IMG/VR virus record: IMGVR_UViG_3300009503_000020
Location: 32,001 to 96,000 of that record
DNA: 64,000 bases
Strand: one strand, 5' to 3'
From: a virus
Shown here: piece by piece, positions 61,292-64,000 of the stretch
Position numbering within the stretch: the stretch's first letter is position 1
Layout: every line of letters begins with the position of its first letter
The notes under the pieces: generated by a model
The model's database searches: none
Told to the model about the DNA's origin: nothing
Seen by the model: only the letters and a program-made list of their open reading frames with translations
Position numbers and translations under genes: made by a program

Positions 61292-63484
61292 TTAAAACTT
61301 CTTTTCTTTAGCTAGTTTGTGAAGGACTTCTGCCCAGTGTTCTTTCAAGTAGGCATAGACTTCTTCTTCACTAGGTTCTTTCTTCTCTTCCTTTGGAGGC
61401 TCTTTAGGTGTTTCAACTTTAGGCTCTTCTTTCTTTACCTCAGTAGGCTTTGTTTCCTCTTTTGGTACTTCTGTCTTGGGAGGAACTTCTTTCTTGGGTT
61501 CCTCTTTCTTAGCTTCCTCTTTTGGAGGTTCCGCTGGTTTCTTTTCCTCTTTAGGACACTCTTCACAAGGTTTCTCAGTCATTTTCTTTTCCTCAGTAGC
61601 TGTACTTTGTGGTTCCTCCTTTTTAACTGTTTCAGCACTCATCTTTACTTTCTCTGCTAAGGCTTTAGCTTGCTCATCTGGACCTGGAGGAGAAGTTATC
61701 CTTTCACCTGGCTTCATGTCAGTGAACTCACGTCCACCACTTGGTGCTGTAACGGAAGCAGCTGAGGCAGGAGCAGGATACTTTTCTTTTCCTTCAACAG
61801 GGACGCACTTCTGTTCTTTCTCGTCCCATACTTGTCCTGCTGGGCATTCTTCTTTCTTCTTAGCCTTCTCTTCTTTCTGTTTCTTATATGCCTCTGCACA
61901 TTCTTTCATTCTTTTAACTACTGGCATTGTCTTGCTTTCTTTCATACACTTCTTCATAAAGTCTATATAGTCTGAAGCAAGAGGCAATGCATCAACTAGC
62001 TCATCTATTTCTGTATCACTAATCTCTGTAGAGTTCTTAACCTCCTCTGATTTCTTTTCAGGATACCCATAATAGGGATAGTATCCTTTTACTTTCTTTT
62101 TCTTCTTTAGTTCTTCAAGGTCTTCCTCAGCTACTTCCATAGCAAAGTCTTGGCCATTTTCCTCGACTAAAGCTACTCCCATTTTCTTTGGATATCTGCC
62201 ATATGGATAACCATAGTAGGGATAGTACTCAGAGTACGGATAACCGTAATATGGATAATAGCCATAACCAGGATATCCATAGCCAGGGTAACCATAATAG
62301 TAAGCAACTATCTTCTTTGCTTTCTTGAGTTCAGCCAGCTCATCTTCTGTATCGAACTCTATCTCTTCTCCCTCTTCAGTTATTGCTAGTCCTTTCTTAG
62401 TTCTCTTCTTTTCTGGATAACCATAGTATGGGTAGCCATAGTAAGGATAGTTTCCTTTGCCATAGTAAGGATAGCCATAATGAGGATAGCCATAATAGCC
62501 ATAGTAAACTGCTACAACCTTCTTCCCTTTCTTTCTTAGAGCCTCAACCTCTTCAGGAGATTCGACTTCAAACAATGCATAGAGAGACTTCTTCTCTGGT
62601 TTCTTGACCTTGCCTTTTGGTTTGCCATAGTATGGGTAATAAGGATAGTATGGATAGTGTGGATATGGATATTTCTTTCCATAAGGATATGGATATCCAT
62701 AGCCATAGTAGTAGCTTACTATCTTCTTAGCCAACTCAGCATCAAAGTCTGCAAGTGAATCAGCTTCAACAACAGCATACATCTTTGGTTTCTCTATTTC
62801 AGAGAGATCTATTTCCTCTTCCTCTAGCTCTGCAATAATCTCTTCCTTTTCTTCTGACATATCTTTCACTTCTGTTGTAGTTACTTGAGAACTTTCAATA
62901 TTTAAGTCTTCTTTCTTTCCTTGGTTTAATTGCTTGGAAAGCTCTTCAACAGCAAAGATAAAACACTTTTCACATGCTGGATTCCTAACCAAGGAAAGTT
63001 CATTGAATAGGAAATTAAAACCTATACTCTGTTCCTCATTAATTGGAAACTTGTCTATCCAAGTAGAACAGGAGACAGCAGGAAACGTTCCATTCTTTAC
63101 TAACTTAATAGCTTCAGGGTCAGTTACTTCTGCTTGGAAGACAATAGACTTAAGTGTCTTATCATAATAAGCTTTAGTTACTTTACCTACATCTCTTGCT
63201 AAGAAGAGAGAATCCTGACCATGTTCTACTTTAAGAGGTTTACCAACTAATCTGTCTGCAGCCTTCTGTATCTCATCTGCTGGATAAAATACATTCTTCC
63301 AGATGCCTTCAGCAAGAGCTATCCCAGTAATCATCAGTTTACCCTCTTTCTCTTCTAATGAGAAGAATGGAGCTGCAGATAGTATTACTTCTTCTTTAGT
63401 GATGTCCTTTGCTTCTCTAATCCTCTTCTCTAGTTCTTCACTTTCAGCTCTTAACTCTTCAAAGATACCAGAGTTATCTACCAT
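61292..63484 (-). CDS. Prohead protease fused to a long low-complexity scaffold-like region
   Basis: ITGIAL.EG, L.GKPL..EH, VG.V, AVSCS, F.ELSLV.NPAC; then Tyr-Gly-Pro repeats and a KEE/P-rich tail. Confidence 0.82.
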   Translation of the reverse strand: MVDNSGIFEELRAESEELEKRIREAKDITKEEVILSAAPFFSLEEKEGKLMITGIALAEGIWKNVFYPADEIQKAADRLVGKPLKVEHGQDSLFLARDVGKVTKAYYDKTLKSIVFQAEVTDPEAIKLVKNGTFPAVSCSTWIDKFPINEEQSIGFNFLFNELSLVRNPACEKCFIFAVEELSKQLNQGKKEDLNIESSQVTTTEVKDMSEEKEEIIAELEEEEIDLSEIEKPKMYAVVEADSLADFDAELAKKIVSYYYGYGYPYPYGKKYPYPHYPYYPYYPYYGKPKGKVKKPEKKSLYALFEVESPEEVEALRKKGKKVVAVYYGYYGYPHYGYPYYGKGNYPYYGYPYYGYPEKKRTKKGLAITEEGEEIEFDTEDELAELKKAKKIVAYYYGYPGYGYPGYGYYPYYGYPYSEYYPYYGYPYGRYPKKMGVALVEENGQDFAMEVAEEDLEELKKKKKVKGYYPYYGYPEKKSEEVKNSTEISDTEIDELVDALPLASDYIDFMKKCMKESKTMPVVKRMKECAEAYKKQKEEKAKKKEECPAGQVWDEKEQKCVPVEGKEKYPAPASAASVTAPSGGREFTDMKPGERITSPPGPDEQAKALAEKVKMSAETVKKEEPQSTATEEKKMTEKPCEECPKEEKKPAEPPKEEAKKEEPKKEVPPKTEVPKEETKPTEVKKEEPKVETPKEPPKEEKKEPSEEEVYAYLKEHWAEVLHKLAKEKKF
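62050..62790 (-). repeat. Four acidic-helix plus YYGYP low-complexity modules
   Basis: Visible in the translation; imperfect repeats of ccatag/ggata at DNA level. Confidence 0.85.
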
Positions 63485-63516
63485 AAAGCATCACTACCTA
63501 AGAGTTCCTCTCTTCT

Positions 63517-63530
63517 ATATTTAAAGTTAC
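63517..63530 (-). promoter_or_regulatory. Late promoter GTAACTTTAAATAT
   Basis: About 33 nt before ATG 63484. Confidence 0.55.
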
Positions 63531-64000
63531 TCTTCACCATTCTCATCTTCAAGTATCTCCCAGAGCATTTTCTTAAAGTCTTTCTTACCCTCACACTCGA
63601 CTGAGAGTTTGAAAGGAGAAACTAGACTTCCAGATATAGGAATAGACTTAGATATCTTGTTAACTACATCTCCAGTTATCTGGTATTTCTCTGCAGTTGA
63701 TTTGAAAGGAGTACCTATTGTGGGTGTTTTAATTTGAACAGGAACTACTAAGTCTCCTCTAACTGGGGTTGAAGTTTCTTTCCTTTCAAAAGGATTTCCA
63801 GTCACATGGACAGGAAGCTGAAGAGGAGTAAACGGAGAACCTACTACTTGCACTTGAAAGAGTACTGCCTTTCTTCTTTTAGGTATGAATCTCTTAACTA
63901 CTTCAATTATCTTCTTAATTATCTTCTTCCAGAACTTCATCCTAAAAGGGTCTGCTACTAGGTAGTTACCCCAGGGTTCTCCCATACCTTTACTCAATGA
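63527..64000 (-). CDS. Hypothetical beta-repeat protein, possibly 5'-partial
   Basis: Frame open to the window edge; recurrent V.G.PF segments. Confidence 0.5.
   Translation of the reverse strand, partial: SLSKGMGEPWGNYLVADPFRMKFWKKIIKKIIEVVKRFIPKRRKAVLFQVQVVGSPFTPLQLPVHVTGNPFERKETSTPVRGDLVVPVQIKTPTIGTPFKSTAEKYQITGDVVNKISKSIPISGSLVSPFKLSVECEGKKDFKKMLWEILEDENGEE

Larger units (their letters stand above)
1..64000. mobile_element. Partial genome of a tailed archaeal virus (Caudoviricetes, siphovirus-like)
   Basis: HK97-like MCP, prohead protease, neck, tail tube, tape measure and tail fibre genes on the minus strand; archaeal-type replication genes, TATA promoters and GAGGTGA SD motifs; dense unidirectional gene blocks; no cellular housekeeping genes. 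Confidence 0.93.

Noticed and set aside
60327-61970. Long plus-strand ORFs antisense to the MCP and protease genes (60327-60977, 61319-61660, 61476-61970)
   Set aside because: Shadow ORFs from codon bias and low complexity; no SD or promoter and no recognisable motifs
60910-63484. EEL/EL motifs in the MCP N-terminus and scaffold as protease cleavage sites
   Set aside because: These proteins are so Glu/Leu-rich that the motif is expected by chance; it needs MS evidence
1-64000. tRNA or rRNA genes, integrase, terminase, portal
   Set aside because: No tRNA-like T-loop/cloverleaf or rRNA sequence was noticed by eye in the gaps, and none of these protein motifs was found. A tRNAscan run would be needed to be sure.

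Overview
This window is a 64-kb part of a tailed archaeal virus (Caudoviricetes). It has an HK97-type capsid, a long non-contractile tail and no sheath gene; terminase and portal lie outside the window. Archaeal origin rests on TATA-box promoters, GAGGTGA-type Shine-Dalgarno motifs, a PolB with a C-terminal PIP box, RadA/B, an XPF/ERCC4 nuclease and a eukaryote/TACK-like topoisomerase IB, which hints at a TACK (e.g. Bathyarchaeia-like) host (inference). Plus strand, 1-48.4 kb: many small Zn-finger ORFs, a dual-specificity phosphatase, RNA ligase, solo Cas4, ParB, a RavA/MoxR-zincin-vWA module, GNAT, RNase H, TopIB, ClpP, nucleotide-metabolism genes, a replication block, an acylamino-sugar/glycosyltransferase cluster, a papain-like protease and a holin-like gene. 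Minus strand, 48.4-64 kb: the virion morphogenesis operon. The most striking observation is two unrelated inteins, each 966 nt / 322 aa, one in a zincin peptidase and one in a DHH nuclease. Each carries its homing endonuclease (single-motif LAGLIDADG in one, HNH in the other) as a separate gene overprinted in the +1 frame, while the intein frame stays open. All family calls are from motif recognition by eye, with no database searches, and all counts are manual.
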